This document shows, piece by piece, positions 63,712-64,000 of a stretch of 64,000 nt of DNA; position 1 is the stretch's first letter; each line of letters starts with the position of its first letter. The notes beneath the pieces are model-generated. The model had not been told where the DNA came from. It worked only from the letters and a program-made list of their open reading frames with translations, and did not search any database. The position numbers were made by a program, and so were the translations under genes. The stretch comes from Squalus acanthias (taxonomy: Eukaryota), in contig CM059432.1 in assembly GCA_030390025.1 (NCBI GenBank), positions 82,648,001 to 82,712,000 of the forward strand, written 5' to 3'.

Positions 63712-64000
63712 CAATCCTAGTAACTACAGGCTGGTCAGTTTAACAGTGGTGGGTAAAGTTTTAGAAACAATAATCAAGGAAAAAATTAACGGGCACTTGG
63801 AGAGGTTTAAGCTAATTAAGGAGAGCCACCATAGATTTGTAAAAGGCAGATCATGTTTGACTAATCTAACTGAATTTTTTGATGAAGTGACAGGGAGGAT
63901 CGATGAAGGGAATGTAATGGATGTTGTCTACATCGATTTTAGGAAGGCGTTTGATTTAGTACCACATAGAAGACTGGTTAACAAAATTGAGGCTCATGGA
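63712..64000 (+). mobile_element. CR1 ORF2 fragment running off the window end
   Basis: NYRLVSLT..GKVLE...FVKGRSCLTNLTEFFDEVT...DVVYIDFRKAFDLVPH. Confidence 0.9.

Overview
Vertebrate genomic DNA, most likely from a shark or other cartilaginous fish. This is inferred from SacSINE1-like DeuSINEs, abundant CR1 and L2 LINEs, and AmnSINE2-like SINEs. About 30 kb (5522-35477) is one tandem array of a 15-bp unit (AATTATAGTAACTCY, about 2000 copies) that is 12/15 identical to its own reverse complement; it generates the giant artefactual ORFs. Four small phase-compatible exons on the + strand (3423-3504, 39851-39936, 48920-48990, 63087-63127) splice into the 3' end of an unrecognised host gene with a CxxC...CPxC motif, which would place the satellite and most elements inside introns. 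The rest is nested transposons: CR1 and L2 LINEs, SINEs, a near-complete two-gene PIF/Harbinger transposon (57733-61955) with MITE derivatives, and Penelope-type fragments carrying minimal hammerhead ribozymes. The most unusual element is a ~3.2 kb single-ORF (APE+RT) LINE at 43047-47776. It starts with a tRNA-like A/B-box head, has no ORF1, and lacks sense-strand TTTT apart from one run inside a local inversion, making it a candidate Pol III-transcribed autonomous retrotransposon. Family names come from recall of consensus sequences, not a database search, and boundaries of degenerate repeats are approximate.
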